Source of the DNA: Octopus sinensis
Taxonomy: Eukaryota
Direction: 5' to 3'
Assembly: GCF_006345805.1 (NCBI RefSeq)
Contig: NC_043000.1
Span: 10,230,001 to 10,294,000 of the forward strand
Length of the DNA stretch: 64,000 nt
The translations under genes and the position numbers were made by a program. Below are positions 37,237 to 50,754 of this stretch, piece by piece (position 1 is the stretch's first letter; each line of letters opens with the position of its first letter). The notes beneath the pieces are model-generated. The model searched no databases, was not told the origin of the DNA, and saw only the letters and a program-made list of their open reading frames with translations.

Positions 37237-37492
37237 CAATGGTTCTTAACCGAGGTCCATATGACCTGGGGACCCATATGATATTTGTTGTTAAACTTTA
37301 TGTGCAATAAACTGTTTATATTTCTACAATACATAATACATTTTAACATTTTTGAAATACAATTCATAAAAATATAAGACTTTAATCATAAAAATACGAG
37401 AGATTTTAGGCATCGAATGGCTGAGGTCCCTGCCGCCTGAGTAAAATAGGAATAAACGGGGTTCCATTGGCAAAACTTTTTGAGAACCACTG
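37237..37492. mobile_element. hAT (Charlie-like) MITE
   Basis: TIRs CAATGGTTCTTAA / TTGAGAACCACTG; imperfect 8-bp TSD CTCTACGT / CCTTACGT. Confidence 0.72.
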
Positions 37493-37708
37493 CCTTACGT
37501 GAATGTTTTGGCCTCTAAGAAATCATCCCTAAATTACAGCGTAGTAGAGTAAAAAATATAAAGGTGAAGCAAGGGACAGATTAGATAATGTAGTGCTTGA
37601 TACTCAATGATCAAGAGAAAAGCGATGGGTCATGACTAATAACGCCTTTGATCATAAATCTTGTCAGTCAGGACTGGCCAGTGGCTAAAACAACAGCAGC
37701 AGCAACAA

Positions 37709-37895
37709 TGGAGGCGCAAAGGCCCAGTGGTTAGGGCAGCGGATTCGCGGTCGTAAAAACGCCGTTTCGATTCCCACACCGGGCATTGTGAGTTTTTATT
37801 GAGCAAAAACACCTAATCTCCACGAGGCTCCGGCGGGAGAGGGTGAACCCCGCTGTACTCTTTCATCACAACTTTCTCTCACTCTTACTTCTTAC
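37709..37895 (+). mobile_element. SINE head C only (3' part missing)
   Basis: Matches the first ~185 bp of 40908-41289. Confidence 0.8.
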
Positions 37896-38753
37896 TTCTG
37901 TCACAAAGCAGAGGAACCATTGTGTAACCCACTATGGTGTGGTAAACTTTCAGACCCTAGTCTAGATTGTGAAACCTCAGTACCCCAGGATGATTCAGCT
38001 CTCCACCCGTTAAAAGCCACCGTTTTACGGAATGAGGATAACAACGTAGCTTTCGCGCCTGTGCAACCGCCAGTCTATCGCGTGTAGTGGGTGGATCTTC
38101 AAGTTGCCACACGCATTCTTAGTAGGCTCGAATTAGAGATTATTTTTTGTGGCTAATGTCGTGAGTCCTGATTGGAGGAAGAAGAAGAAGAAGAAGAAGA
38201 AGAAGAAGAAGAAGAAGAAGAAGAAGAAGAAGAAGAAGAAGAAAAAGAAGGAGACAGCAGCAACAAGGAAACGGCTTTAGTAGATTTGAACTGAATACTT
38301 AAGAGCTTAGTTTGACACCATAACCCATTCCCCCAGCTCTTCGACAGTATATTCTCTTGCTGTCTTCTTGTTTTCATAATGGTTTTTATTGTTGTTGATG
38401 TAGTTGCTGTCGATAAACAGAGTCGCCGAGAAGTCTGCATAGTCCTGTGTCAATTCAGATAATCTCAATTACATACACAGATAGAAATCAATATCAACTG
38501 TATTGATCTTACAATGATAGTTCGAATTCAAATACTGAACTGATTAGCTTGGAGCATTGCCTTTTTTTTTAAATATTAAGTTGCTTTTTTGCTATGCTTT
38601 CTGAAAGAAATATACACACGCATGCACACAGACATACACACTCATATACTCACACACATTTATTTTCACATATCACAGGGTCAGATACAGGCGTAGTTAC
38701 GTACACATGCGGACATACATACATACATACATACATACATACATTATTAAAAG

Positions 38754-39071
38754 ACTCCGCCGGTTACGACGACGAGGGTCTCAGCTGATACGATCAACGG
38801 AACAGCTTGCTCGTGAAATTAACGTGCAAATGGCTGAGCATTCCACAGACACGTGTACCCTTAACGTAGTTCTCGGGGATAATCAGCGTGACACAGAGAG
38901 TGACAAGGCTGACCCTTTGAAATACAAGTACAACTCATTTTTGCCAGCTGAGTGGACTGGAGCAACGTGAAATAAAGTGTCTTGCTCAAGGACACAACGC
39001 GTCGCCGGGAATCGAACTCACAACCGTACGATCATGAGCCGAATGCCCTAACCACTAAGCCACGCGCCCTC
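38754..39071 (-). mobile_element. tRNA-derived SINE, head E + tail 1
   Basis: Head E (GTCCTTGAGCAAGACACTTTATTTCACGTTGCTCCAGTCCACTCAGC) joined to tail 1. Confidence 0.87.
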
Positions 39072-39173
39072 ACTCATACATACATACATACATACATACA
39101 TACATACATACATGCATACATACATACATACATACATACATACATACATACATGCATATATGCATGCATGCAT

Positions 39174-39248
<75 letters not shown>

Positions 39249-39284
39249 CATATATTATATATATGTATATATATATATATATAA

Positions 39285-39540
39285 TATTCTTTTACTCTTT
39301 TACTTGTTTCAGTCATTTGACTGCGGCCATGCTGGAGCACCGCCTTTAGTCGAGCAAATCGACCCCGGGACTTATTCTTTGTAAGCCCAGTACTTATTCT
39401 ATCGGTCTCTTTTGCCGAACCGCTATGTGACGGGGACGTAAACACACCAGCATCGGTTGTCAAGCAATGCTAGGGGGACAAACACAGACACCAAACATAT
39501 ACACACACATACATATATATATATACATATATACGACATC
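39285..39540 (-). mobile_element. Family-A SINE 3' half
   Basis: Reverse complement of the A 3' half and tail; truncated within the microsatellite. Confidence 0.85.
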
Positions 39541-40252
39541 ATCTATGTATATATGCATGCATGTGTGTATTAGAGATATACACACACATTTTTCCTCTTC
39601 ATTCTCCCGTTCTTTCTTAGATACCCATACACCCTTCATATCATACATTGACACGTTTTTCTTTCTCGCTCTCACTCTCTCCCTCTTCGCTCCCCCTCTC
39701 TCTATTTTCGTCTTCTTTTTCTTTCTCTCCTCTCTTTCTCATACATCCACTTCTACTCATACGCACGCACTCATCCATCGTCCATTCACATACGCATTCA
39801 CACACATGCACCCGAATACCTCAATATATTCATTCACACATTACTGATAAAGGTGACAAAAGATTTAATGCGAATAATCAAATATTTGAGAAAGCAATCA
39901 GAATATAACAGAAATGTATGTAGTTCGTTGTTAAAATATCTTAATTAAAATCATGGAAGTCGAACTTTTCTGTCTCACTCCTCACGTAATTGTGTAGCTT
40001 GATAGTCACTAACAAAAGCTTTTAATCATCTCAGTAGTTTTCACTCCTTTAGTAAATGTCTCTGAGGAAATACTGAAAAAGCCAAACAAGATTCAGTTTC
40101 GGCAGATTGAACAACGAAGTTCAAACAGTGTATGTGTGCGCGCACGTGGGTATGCATGTGATTATGTGTGAATGCATGAACATATATATACATACATACA
40201 TACATACATACATATACAAACGCACATATACATACATACATACATACATACA

Positions 40253-40284
<32 letters not shown>

Positions 40285-40347
40285 CAAACGCACATATACA
40301 TACATACATACATACATACATACATACATACATACATACATACATAC

Positions 40348-40728
40348 GAGTGGCTGTGTGGTAAGTAGCTTGCTAACCAACCACATGGTTCCGGGTTCAG
40401 TCCCACCGCGTGGCATCTTGGGCAAATGTCTTCTGCTATAGCCCCGGGCCGACCAATGCCTTGTGAGTGGATTTGGTAGACGGAAACTCAAAGAAGCCCG
40501 TCGTATATATGTATATATATATGTATGTGTTTGTGTGTTTGTGTTTGTGTTTGTCCCCCCACCATCGCTTGACAACAGATGCTGGTGTGTTACGCCCCCG
40601 TCACTTAGCGGTTCGGCAAAGAGACTGATAGAATAAGTACTGGGCTTACAAATAAGTCCCGGTGTCGATTTGCTCGACTAAAGGCGGTGCTCCAGCATGG
40701 CCGCAGTCAAATGACTGAAACAAGTAAA

Positions 40729-40729
<1 letters not shown>
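40348..40729 (+). mobile_element. Family-A SINE
   Basis: GAGTGGCTGTGTGGTAAG...GACTGAAACAAGTAAAA. Confidence 0.9.
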
Positions 40730-40767
<38 letters not shown>

Positions 40768-40775
40768 GTATATTA

Positions 40776-40821
<46 letters not shown>

Positions 40822-40832
40822 ATATAATATAT

Positions 40833-40866
<34 letters not shown>

Positions 40867-40907
40867 TTATATATATATATAGTGGGAGGTATAGAGTGGC
40901 TAGAGTG

Positions 40908-41289
40908 GAGGCGCAATGGCCCAGTGGTTAGGGCAGCGGACTCGCGGTCATAGGATCGCGGTTTCGATTCCCAGACCGGGCGTTGTGAGTGTTTATTGAG
41001 CGAAAACACCGAAAGGTCCACGAGGCTCCGGCAGGGGATGGTGGTGATCCCTGCTGTACTCTTTCACCACAACTTTCTCTCACTCTTACTTCCTGTTTCT
41101 GTTGTACCTGTATTTCAAAGGGCCGGCCTTGTCACTCTCTGTGTCACGCTGAATATCCCCGAGAACTACGTTAAGGGTACACGTGTCTGTGGAGTGCTCA
41201 GCCACTACACGTTAATTTCACGAGCAGGCTGTTCCGTTGATTCGGATCAACCGGAACCCTCGTCGTCGTAACCGACGGAGTGCTTCCAT
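40908..41289 (+). mobile_element. tRNA-derived SINE, head C + tail 1 (full length)
   Basis: GGAGGCGCAATGGCCCAGTGGTTAGGG..GGTTTCGATTCCC (A/B boxes) ... GTAACCGACGGAGTGCTTCCA. Confidence 0.9.
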
Positions 41290-41793
41290 CCATATATATA
41301 TATATTAGAAATATTGACTTTCTAAATGTCTCAGAGAGACATAAGCGGTGGTGGAGCGATATAGTGGTCGTATACTGTCAACTCAATGTGACAGTCCCGT
41401 AAGGGAATTACGCCACCGCCATTTAGCCCTAGGAAACATCGACATCTCCTGTCGGCTTTGACATATTTTCTGTGTCCTTATATTTGCAAAGGGGAGGCAA
41501 TCACCACCGCCAGCTGGGACTAGCACCTGAAGACATATGTTTCTGAGTCTAATGCTCGTCGTCAGTTCAGGGTAGCCAGTCCCGCTCGCTGAGATGACAG
41601 CAACCTCTTCGCAAATATATCATATTTTCAGTAAAATTTATATATACATACATATATATATATATATATTATATATATTATATATATATATATTATATTA
41701 TATGGACGGCGGTGCATCATCACCATGGCCGCAGCTCTGAGCTGAAACTAGAAAAATATATATATATAATTATATTCGAGTGTGTGTGTGTAT

Positions 41794-41825
<32 letters not shown>

Positions 41826-41839
41826 CTATCTATTATCTA

Positions 41840-41894
<55 letters not shown>

Positions 41895-42059
41895 GTGCAA
41901 CATGTAAATATATATTATGCCGAAATTGCTAGATGATCTGGTTCTTGACTGATGACTGAGGGCTTCGAATGTCCCTCCTGTGGTTCTTGTGTCGTCTCTG
42001 TGTGGTTCATGTTCTTGTCCATGTCTGTAATTATTTTTACTGTTTACCTATATATATAT

Positions 42060-42094
<35 letters not shown>

Positions 42095-42428
42095 CTTTTC
42101 CTTTCTAATCTTATAACTTTCTTTGCAGAACACGTTTCTCTCGTATGTTAAATGTCAATCAGATAAAGAAAAAAGGTGTATCCCAGAATGCATAGCTGTT
42201 TGTTTCTCTTATACATATCAAACATATTTTAAATGAACTGTCCGGAAATTGAATTAAAAAAATATATATATTTATATAGGATTTCGTTAAAGAAGATATT
42301 ACAAAACCAAAAGACAGAGAAAATGAATTTTCCAGAAATTTTTTTCAGACTTTTTGTAAATAGAAAGTATTTACCGGTGAGATGTCAAACTAACAGGAAA
42401 CTACCAATCAAATTATTGCTTTCCTTAT

Positions 42429-42556
42429 AAGGCGGCGAGCTGGCAGAAACGTTAGCACGCCAGATGAACTGCTTAGCAGTATTTCGTCTGTCGCTACGTT
42501 CTGAGTTCAAATGTTGGGGGGAAAAACGCAGACACACAAACACACACACACACACA

Positions 42557-42614
<58 letters not shown>

Positions 42615-42774
42615 TTACGAACGGGCTTCTTTCAGTTTCCACCTACCAAATCCACTCGCAAGGCTTTGGTCGGCGCGAGGCTATAGTAGAAGACACTTGC
42701 CCGCAAGTGGGAGTGAACCCGGAACTATGTGGTTGGTAAGCAAGCTACTTACCACACATCCACTCCTGCGCCTA
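42429..42774. mobile_element. Family-B head (+, 42429-42511) fused to an antisense family-A 5' half (42512-42774)
   Basis: Abrupt junction GAGTTCAAA|TGTTGGGGGG; both 3' halves are absent. Confidence 0.8.
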
Positions 42775-42779
42775 TACTA

Positions 42780-42822
<43 letters not shown>

Positions 42823-43203
42823 TTCCCCACTTAACAAATTAACCAATAAACTAATCGATTATATGATTAATTGCATGTTTACTATTGGTAAATCCTGCCT
42901 CCCAACATACAGCATCTGTTTCAGCAAGAACTTTCACATTAAACAAACTTGCGAAACAAATACAAAAGCAAATTAGACCATTATAGATTGGCATTAAGAA
43001 AAATACTAACCTCTATTAACCTTATCAAACATAATTATCTCTCTTTGGTAAGTGATGGTGATATGCATCCGTCAATCCACAAGAGGGCACTCCGAACTGA
43101 ACATACTGTGTTTACACATTTTTGTTTACTGCGAGAATACTTCGCCATGATAAACTACATTGAATAGCATTCTTATGAGTTCAAATATCTCTCCTATTAT
43201 TAT

Positions 43204-43757
43204 GCCCTGATGCAGTACCAGGCAGTGGATCTCATGGCTTTTGATCTTAACTGATTGGAAGTGTTATCATGTACATTGTTTTGTCTTGGTATAAAAGAGG
43301 GGCTACAGCGAATATTCTGCTCAATGCCACAGATTTGCTTGTCAGTTGTTTGATCTTAACCAGTTAACCATGTCCCTTTGTTTCTGACGATATGTGCATC
43401 TCTGACCATGAGCAGAAGTAGTGGGGGAACATCATAGCCATGTGTTGAGAAGGATTCTTTGGGGTTTGAATAATTCACCCCTGGAAACATGGGTGGTTCG
43501 TTCAACATCCTTAAATAACCCTTATTCAGGGACCTTTTGAGCGGGATGGGTTACTCGACCAGAAGAAAATTCTAACTGGGCCCCACCTGCAAGGTCATGC
43601 GCTGTTTATCTTGATATGAGATCGCCATTTCGCGTACATATGGTTGTGATGCATATGCCTGGTTTACCCTTATCGGACGGGTAGTCATGATAGGTATATT
43701 GGGCTTCGTATATTTTACCCCAGTGTCATTTTGATGGCATGCACTGCTCTCTCACTC

Positions 43758-43812
<55 letters not shown>
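43204..43812 (+). mobile_element. Family F: ~560-bp non-coding element with (AAT)n tail
   Basis: GCCCTGATGCAGTACC...CTCTCTCACTC(AAT)n; homologues at 53832, 61759 and 63671. Confidence 0.85.
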
Positions 43813-43814
<2 letters not shown>

Positions 43815-44059
43815 CCTTTCTACTATAGATACAAGGCCTTAAATTTGGAGGAAGAAGGGTAGTCGGTTTCATTGAAGCCAGTACTTAACTGGTACTTATT
43901 TTATCGATCCCGAAAGGATGAAGTGTAAAGTCGATCTTGGCGGCACTTGAACCTAGAACGTAAAAACGGACGAAATGCCGCTATGCATTTTGTTCGGCGT
44001 GCAAACATTTCCGTCAGCCCTCCGCCATAAGAATAATAACAATCATCATCATAATAATA

Positions 44060-44139
<80 letters not shown>

Positions 44140-44391
44140 AGCGCATAACGTGCCTGACATCATTCAGCGTGACGCAAATAGCAGCAGCGTTGCTAATTAT
44201 TGACATAGCAACACCAAATGAACATACTGTTGTGTAGAAATGAGCTAAAGAAAAAAAAAGCTGAAGAATTACTTCAACATTGCTGGCGGATTAAAAATCA
44301 CTATGGCAGTCAAGGAATGTGTCTATCATTCTTATTTGTAATTGGCATATCGTGAGTAATACGCAACCATTTCTACAACGACATTGACAAA

Positions 44392-44902
44392 TCTATATAT
44401 ATAAAACTCTAGTTGTGTGAGTGTCTGTCCCCTTCGATTTAGATTCCTAACTCCCACATTTTGCGGTGTAGTTTTAACCAATTCGGGTATCTTATAGTCG
44501 TGATTCATATCGAGCCCGTCTGACTATTACGCGCGTCAACGATGAGTCTGTCGGCGATTTTAAAAATAATTTAACATCATTTTTTATTCCATTTTAATGC
44601 ATAAAATGCATCGTGTGTCGATGGCGGCGGAGTTGGCGTCCACGCTCACAGCTGCACCTGTTTGCTTTTTCTCCTCCCCCTTCCCTCCCTCGTGAAGCTG
44701 TGGGGAGGGGTGTAAAGAAATCAACGTCGTAATGCGTTTGTGAAGGAAACCAGCGTTCTTTTAGAACAACGACTTCATGGCTTGAAGACACCAAAACAAA
44801 AATGGCTAAGAAAGCCCGAATTTATAAGGGAAGTAACTCTCTAAAAATGCTTATATAGTTATTTCCCTTACAAACCCGAGCAACGCCGGGCGATACTGCT
44901 AG
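44392..44902 (+). mobile_element. Non-autonomous Helitron (subfamily 1) with extra internal segment
   Basis: A|TCTATATATATAAAA...CCCGAGCAACGCCGGGCGATACTGCTAG|T. Confidence 0.87.
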
Positions 44903-45168
44903 TTACTTATAAGAATAGACAATGACACATAACAAGCTACGTCAATATTGTTAGGGAACTCTCACATGGTATTTATCAACGTTGAATATTCTAAACGACC
45001 TTGACCTATTCACACTGACCTTGAATAATAATAATAATCATGTTAACCTTGTACATTCTCGTTAACCTTGAAGATGTTTGTTAACTGGCATCCGTCGGTG
45101 ACGGTGGCGGGCGTTCCAGTTGATCCGATCAACGGAACGGCCGGTTCGTGAAATTAACATGCAAGTGG

Positions 45169-45268
45169 NNNNNNNNNNNNNNNNNNNNNNNNNNNNNNNN
45201 NNNNNNNNNNNNNNNNNNNNNNNNNNNNNNNNNNNNNNNNNNNNNNNNNNNNNNNNNNNNNNNNNNNN
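45169..45268. other. Assembly gap (100 N)
   Basis: Run of N; sequence continuity across it is unknown. Confidence 1.
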
Positions 45269-45652
45269 GGCCAATCAACTGCAACCTGAATATCAACAAT
45301 ATGGTCTCCGGGAAAATATCTCGGAGCGGGAGCATTTTTGCATACTAAATAAAAGAAACTACACGGTAGAGGGCTCTCACATATATATATATATATATTT
45401 CCCTCTATACCTACGTGAATTATTTTTTAGTATACATTGTCTGGGAGACTTTTCTTATAGTAGAAGAAACAGCTAAAAATTTTTTGGCTGCTATTTCTAA
45501 AAGTTCGGTGTGTGGTAAAGTAATTTTTTTTACTGAACCCTAATTATATAACGTAATGTATTAAAATATACCTTAAATGGTCTTTTTACATACTGAACAC
45601 TACTTGGTAAAATTAATTAATAATTAATTAATTTTACCCTTTTATTATTGAC

Positions 45653-45708
<56 letters not shown>

Positions 45709-45716
45709 GTGTGTGT

Positions 45717-46260
45717 TTTCGTCTGTCGTTACGTTCCGAGTTCAAATTCCGCCTAGGTCGACTTTGCCTTTCATCCTTTCTGGGGTCGATAAATTAAGTC
45801 CCAGTTACGCACTGGGGTCGATGTAATCGACTTAATCCGTTTGTCTTGTCCTTGTTTGTCCCCTCTGTGTTTGGTCCCCTCTGTGTTTAGTCCCCTCTGT
45901 GTTTAGCCCCTTGTGGCTAGTAAAGAAATATATATACGTGTGTGTGTGTTTGTGTGTCTGTGTTTGTCCCCCAACATCACTTGACAACCGATGTTGGTGT
46001 TTACGTCCCCTTAACTGTGGCCGATTTGTTGGACTAAAGGCGATGGTCCAGCATGGCCGCAATCAAATGGCTGAAACAAATAAAAAAATAAAAGAATACA
46101 TCTATATATATGTACGACGGGACTTCTTTCTGTTTCCGTCTAGCAAAACTATTCACAAGACTTTGGTCGTCCTGAGGCTATAGTAGAAGACAATTGCCGA
46201 AGGTGCCACGCAGGGACCATGTGGTTGAGAAGCAAATTTCTTACTACACAGCTACGCCTG
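45717..46260. mobile_element. 5'-truncated family-B SINE in a family-A microsatellite, followed by an A 3' half (+) and an A 5' half (-)
   Basis: TSD ATATATACGTGTGTGT at 45701-45716 and 45930-45945. Confidence 0.8.
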
Positions 46261-46566
46261 CATATGTGTGTGTGTGTGTGTGTTGTAAAATGCTGTTCGT
46301 CCGTCGTTGTCGACGATGACCAGGACGTCGCAAGGGAGTGGAAGATGGGTCATGGTGCGTCCGGTCACTTAGCTAATCAAGCCGATGCGTGCCCGGGAGA
46401 TTCTGCCGGAGGTCAGGTACTGGTGGTTTGCTGGGAATGCTACGACTTTCCATGCAGTTCGACCGGTTGCCAAACCGTGTAGGGGACAATCTCAAGGACA
46501 AAGTCACTCATACATGCGCGCGCATGCACACACATATTCACACACACGTGCACACGCACATTCACA

Positions 46567-46598
<32 letters not shown>

Positions 46599-46689
46599 CA
46601 CATACACACACACACACATACACACACACACACACACGACAGTCTCCACGCGGTTTCACAGACAATATGATCGTGTACACACACACACG

Positions 46690-46752
<63 letters not shown>

Positions 46753-46770
46753 TGTGTGTGTGTATATAGT

Positions 46771-47091
46771 GAAGGCGCATGGCTCAGTGGTTAGAGCGTC
46801 GAACTTACGACCGTGAGGTTGTGAGTTCAAATCCCGGATCGGGATGCGTGTTGTGTTCTTGAGCAAGACGCTTTATTTCACGTTGCTCCAGTTCACTCAG
46901 CTGTAGAAATGAGTTGCGACGTGACATGTGCCAAACTGTATCCCTTGGATAACACTGGTGGCGTGGAGAAGGGAGGCTGGTATGCACGGGCGACTGCTGG
47001 TCCTCCATAAACAACCTTGCCCAGACTTGTTCATGAGAAGGCAACTTTCTAGGTGCAATCCTGTGGTCAGTCATGACCGAAGGGGGGTCTC
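46771..47091 (+). mobile_element. tRNA-derived SINE, head E + tail 3
   Basis: Head E, then a tail ending GTCAGTCATGACCGAAGGGGGGTCTC that is not seen elsewhere in the window. Confidence 0.8.
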
Positions 47092-47161
47092 AGCATATAT
47101 ATACGAATTTTATATGCGAGCTACACCTTTAAATCTGCCTAGAGTTAACTTTCTTCGGTAT

Positions 47162-47207
47162 TTCCCATTGAGGAAGGCTGAAGAGCCTGAAACGCTACGT
47201 ATAGGAA
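47162..47207 (+). ncRNA. Type-I hammerhead motif with a looped helix III (C3 mutated)
   Basis: TTCCCA TTGAGGA AGGCT gaag AGCCT GAAA CG cta CGT A TAGGAA. Confidence 0.62.
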
Positions 47208-47371
47208 TCCGATACGGGACAACACTGGGCAGACGTGATGTTTTTACACCTTTTACTATTTGAGAGAATTTGCCTTTAGAAGTTGAAATGTGTCACAAAC
47301 ATATTTTAACTAATCTAAAGTTCGCTTATCCCTAATCTCTGTTTGGCGCTGATAATGCTGATATATATATA

Positions 47372-47892
47372 CCGTAAATCCTCGCGTATAATCCGCATTT
47401 TTTCCCCAAAATTTAAAGGTCAAAATTTCTATTGCGTACAATATACGAGGTTAAAAATGAAAAATATTTTCTAAGCAATGTCCGAGTCTCTATTTGCTGT
47501 CCAGCAATTTTTATTCAGACGCATTTTGTGATGTCGGGCGCGAAAATACCATAAGCTAAGCCTGAAAGCAATGAAGTCATAAAAGAATCATCCATAACTT
47601 GCAGTAAGCAACATTTATTAAACGTTATTACTGTTATTACTGTTATTTCTTTATTTTCTGCAAACAAAATGCACAAAAAAGCGACACCTTTGCATTATGT
47701 TATATATACAATAACAATAAAGGACGTTACCGTATACATTTTTACAAACCAAGGACGTTATATAAACCTACTTGACTCAAGTTAGAGAAGGGGTGCGCAT
47801 TATACACAAGGTTTAGGTTTTTCAGAGGTACAGCCCCCTAAAAATCCCCTGTGTATTATACTCAAGGGCGGACTATACTCGAGGATTTACGA
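47372..47892. mobile_element. Tc2/pogo-like MITE inserted in (TA)n
   Basis: TIRs CCGTAAATCCTCGCGTATA / TATACTCGAGGATTTACGA with TA on both sides. Confidence 0.8.
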
Positions 47893-48574
47893 TATATATA
47901 TATATATATATATTCCGCTATTCCATTGATACCACTATCTATTTTTCTGGTGGTGGATCAATAATTTATTCCTTTTCCTGAAACACACTGTCACGATCCT
48001 TTATTTATTTATTTATTTATTTATTTATTAAATTGTTTGTTAAATTGTTTGTTTGTTTTACTTCTTTGAAGAATGGCTATATGTAAGGGATTAATAAATT
48101 TCCCAGAGTGACCTAATTGACTTCAGCAGTTCTGAATACAAAGCTATAAGTTTTGTAAGTCCCGTAAAATATTCAGTCAAACTATTTACTTTTTGTTGAT
48201 GAAGGTAGGTGGCCCTTTGCCTACTGCATTATGCTCACATTCATGAGATTCATGCGTGGTTCGATTCCTAGACCGGGCTGCGTAAATCCTCGAGAGGGAA
48301 GTATTTCATTTCACGCCACTCCAGTTTACTCAGCTGAAAATAAGTACCAGCTGAAGACTAGCACAAGTCCCCCTTAAACCTCTCTCTCTCTCTCTCTCTC
48401 TCCCTCTCTCTCTCTCTCCCTCTCTCTCTCTCCCTCTCCTCTCTCCCTCTCTCTCTCTCCCTCTCTCTCTCTCTCTTTCTCTCTTTCTCCCTCGACCAAC
48501 TGTCACATCTTTGGTGTTCCACTAAGTCAAGATTGGGAATGCAGAAAGTGTGTCTCTACCAGCTCAGGATTATG

Positions 48575-48731
48575 TAGGCGCAAGAGTGGCTATGTGGTAA
48601 GTAGCTTGCTTACCAACCACATGGTTCCGAGTTCAGTGTCTTCTACTATAGATTCGGGCCGACCAAAGCCTTGTGAATGGATTTGTAGACGGAAACTGAA
48701 AGAAGCCCGTCGTATATATATGTATGTATAA

Positions 48732-48813
<82 letters not shown>

Positions 48814-49130
48814 ATATGTATGTAATATATATGTATATATATATGTATATATATGTATATGTATATATATGTGTGTGTGTATGTGTGTGTGTGTATGTAT
48901 GTATATGTTTGTGTGTCTGTGTTTGTTCCCCCAACATCGCTTGACAACCGATGCTGGTGTGTTTATGTCCCCGTCACTTAGCGGTTCGGCAAGAGAGACC
49001 GATAGAATAAGTACTAGGCTTACAAAGAATAAGTCCTGGGGTCGATTTGCTCGACTGAAGGCGGTGCTCCAGCATGGCCGCAGTCAAATCACTGAAACAA
49101 ATAGAAGAATAAAAGAAAGAATAAAAGAAT
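48575..49130 (+). mobile_element. Family-A SINE with expanded (TA)n
   Basis: Full head-microsatellite-tail structure with a small deletion in the head. Confidence 0.88.
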
Positions 49131-49260
49131 ATACCTAAAGCACTTAACGAAAGCACAGTACATATTACCAATGACGTTCGTGGATATATTTGTAAATAAC
49201 GAGCTTTCGTATTTGTAGCTTCAAGGACTCAATAACAATTTATAATTAGAAGGTAAACAA

Positions 49261-49669
49261 GAGGCGCAGGAGTGGTTGTATGGTAAGTAGCTTGTTTACC
49301 AACCACATGGTTCCGGGTTCAGTCCCACTGCGTGGCACCTTGGGCAAGTGTCTTCTGCTATAGCCCCGGGCCGACCAAAGCCTTGTGAGTGGATTTGGTA
49401 GACGGAAACTGAAAGAAGCCCGTCGTATATATGTATATATATATATGTATGTGTATGTATGTGTGTGTGTGTTTATGCGTCTGTGTATGTCCCCCTAGCA
49501 TTGCTTGACAACCGATACTGGTTTGTTTATGTCTCCGTCACTTAGCGGTTCGTCAAAAGAGACCGATAGAATAAGTACTGGGCTTACAAAGAATAGTCCC
49601 GGGTCGAGTTGCTCGATTAAAGGCGGTGCTCCAGCATGGCCGCAGTCAAATGACTGAAACGAGTAAAAA
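49261..49669 (+). mobile_element. Family-A SINE
   Basis: Full structure. Confidence 0.9.
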
Positions 49670-49789
49670 AAAACAGAGAATGAAACATATTCACTTTAAA
49701 TGAATCATTTAAAATTATATATTTTCTTCAAAAGTGTTCTTCATATATTCATAGCTGTTATGTCAATTTTAAATTTTGCGAATGAACAT

Positions 49790-50470
49790 GCCCTGGAAAA
49801 GACAAGAGTGTCCACGGTCGAAACGTTAAGTCAATAACAACCAAGATTATAAGAACACTAGGCTGAATATATCAGAGTATGATAATAATACACTGGGCTA
49901 AAAATTTCTATTAACTAAAATTATTCTTGCAATAGATATAAACTCCTTCGAAGAGTACTTAAAATCTAAAAACAATGCTCAACTAAAAAAAATTATACAA
50001 ATTCATTAACTGGAACTCGCTGCCACCGAACCATAGCTAGCAAAATAGAAAACAACTTCATAAAAACGATTTAAGCGGTGAACAAATAAACAACATGCAA
50101 AAACTACCACTAATTACTCCAGGTAAACAGGTTACGAAATAATCCAACAAAAGCGAGAAAAACGAGATATCGGAAATAGAACAATAGCTGAAATAGAACC
50201 AGGTAAACAAGAAAACTTCGAAATAACAAAACAATCTATAGATAAACAACAGCGAAGACCACCAATGCAAAAATAGTACCAACAGCAAATCAACAAATGA
50301 AATTACTATAACTATAAATAACGCCTTTAAATTCAACAACGAAACAGCTTTGGAAGCTAACAGTGAAAGCGTTAGCTATAGACAACAACCCTAAAATGCA
50401 ACATAACAAAACAATATCTGGAAATCAACTGATATTGTCAAAGGACCCACCCTATTAAAATATATACAAC
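49790..50470 (+). pseudogene. Probable decayed Penelope-like 5' region (hammerhead remnant + A-rich ORF remnant)
   Basis: CTGGAAAA GAC..GTC GAAACGTT, then purine-rich coding-like sequence ending ISGNQL..SKGPT. Confidence 0.45.
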
Positions 50471-50754
50471 CAAAAGAAAATAGTTCTCACCTGAAGATTA
50501 CAGTGGCATAAAACTCGAGTAGCAAGAAATAGAATACTTTTAGAGTAAACAGTATTCACTGAGGCATATATTGAATACACTCTTCTTGATAGAGAGTATC
50601 GCAGACAGAACTCTGAAATAGGGCTCTGTCTGTGAGAAATTTAAAGGAAAGGGGAAAAGATAAACTCAGATTATTTAAAGATATATTTTATGCAAAACGC
50701 GGAGTAAATCAGAAATAGTGAAATAATTTACATATTGGAAAGTATTTAACTGTG

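Noticed and set aside
40908-40980. tRNA-like sequences (also in the heads of A, B, C and E copies)
   Set aside because: They continue into SINE bodies and lack a complete acceptor stem; not tRNA genes.
43204-43757. HDV-like ribozyme in family F
   Set aside because: I could not assemble the P1/P2/P3/P1.1 pseudoknot by eye on either strand; left as a search to run.
45082-45300. ORFs and a SINE spanning the N-run
   Set aside because: They cross an assembly gap, so continuity is not supported.
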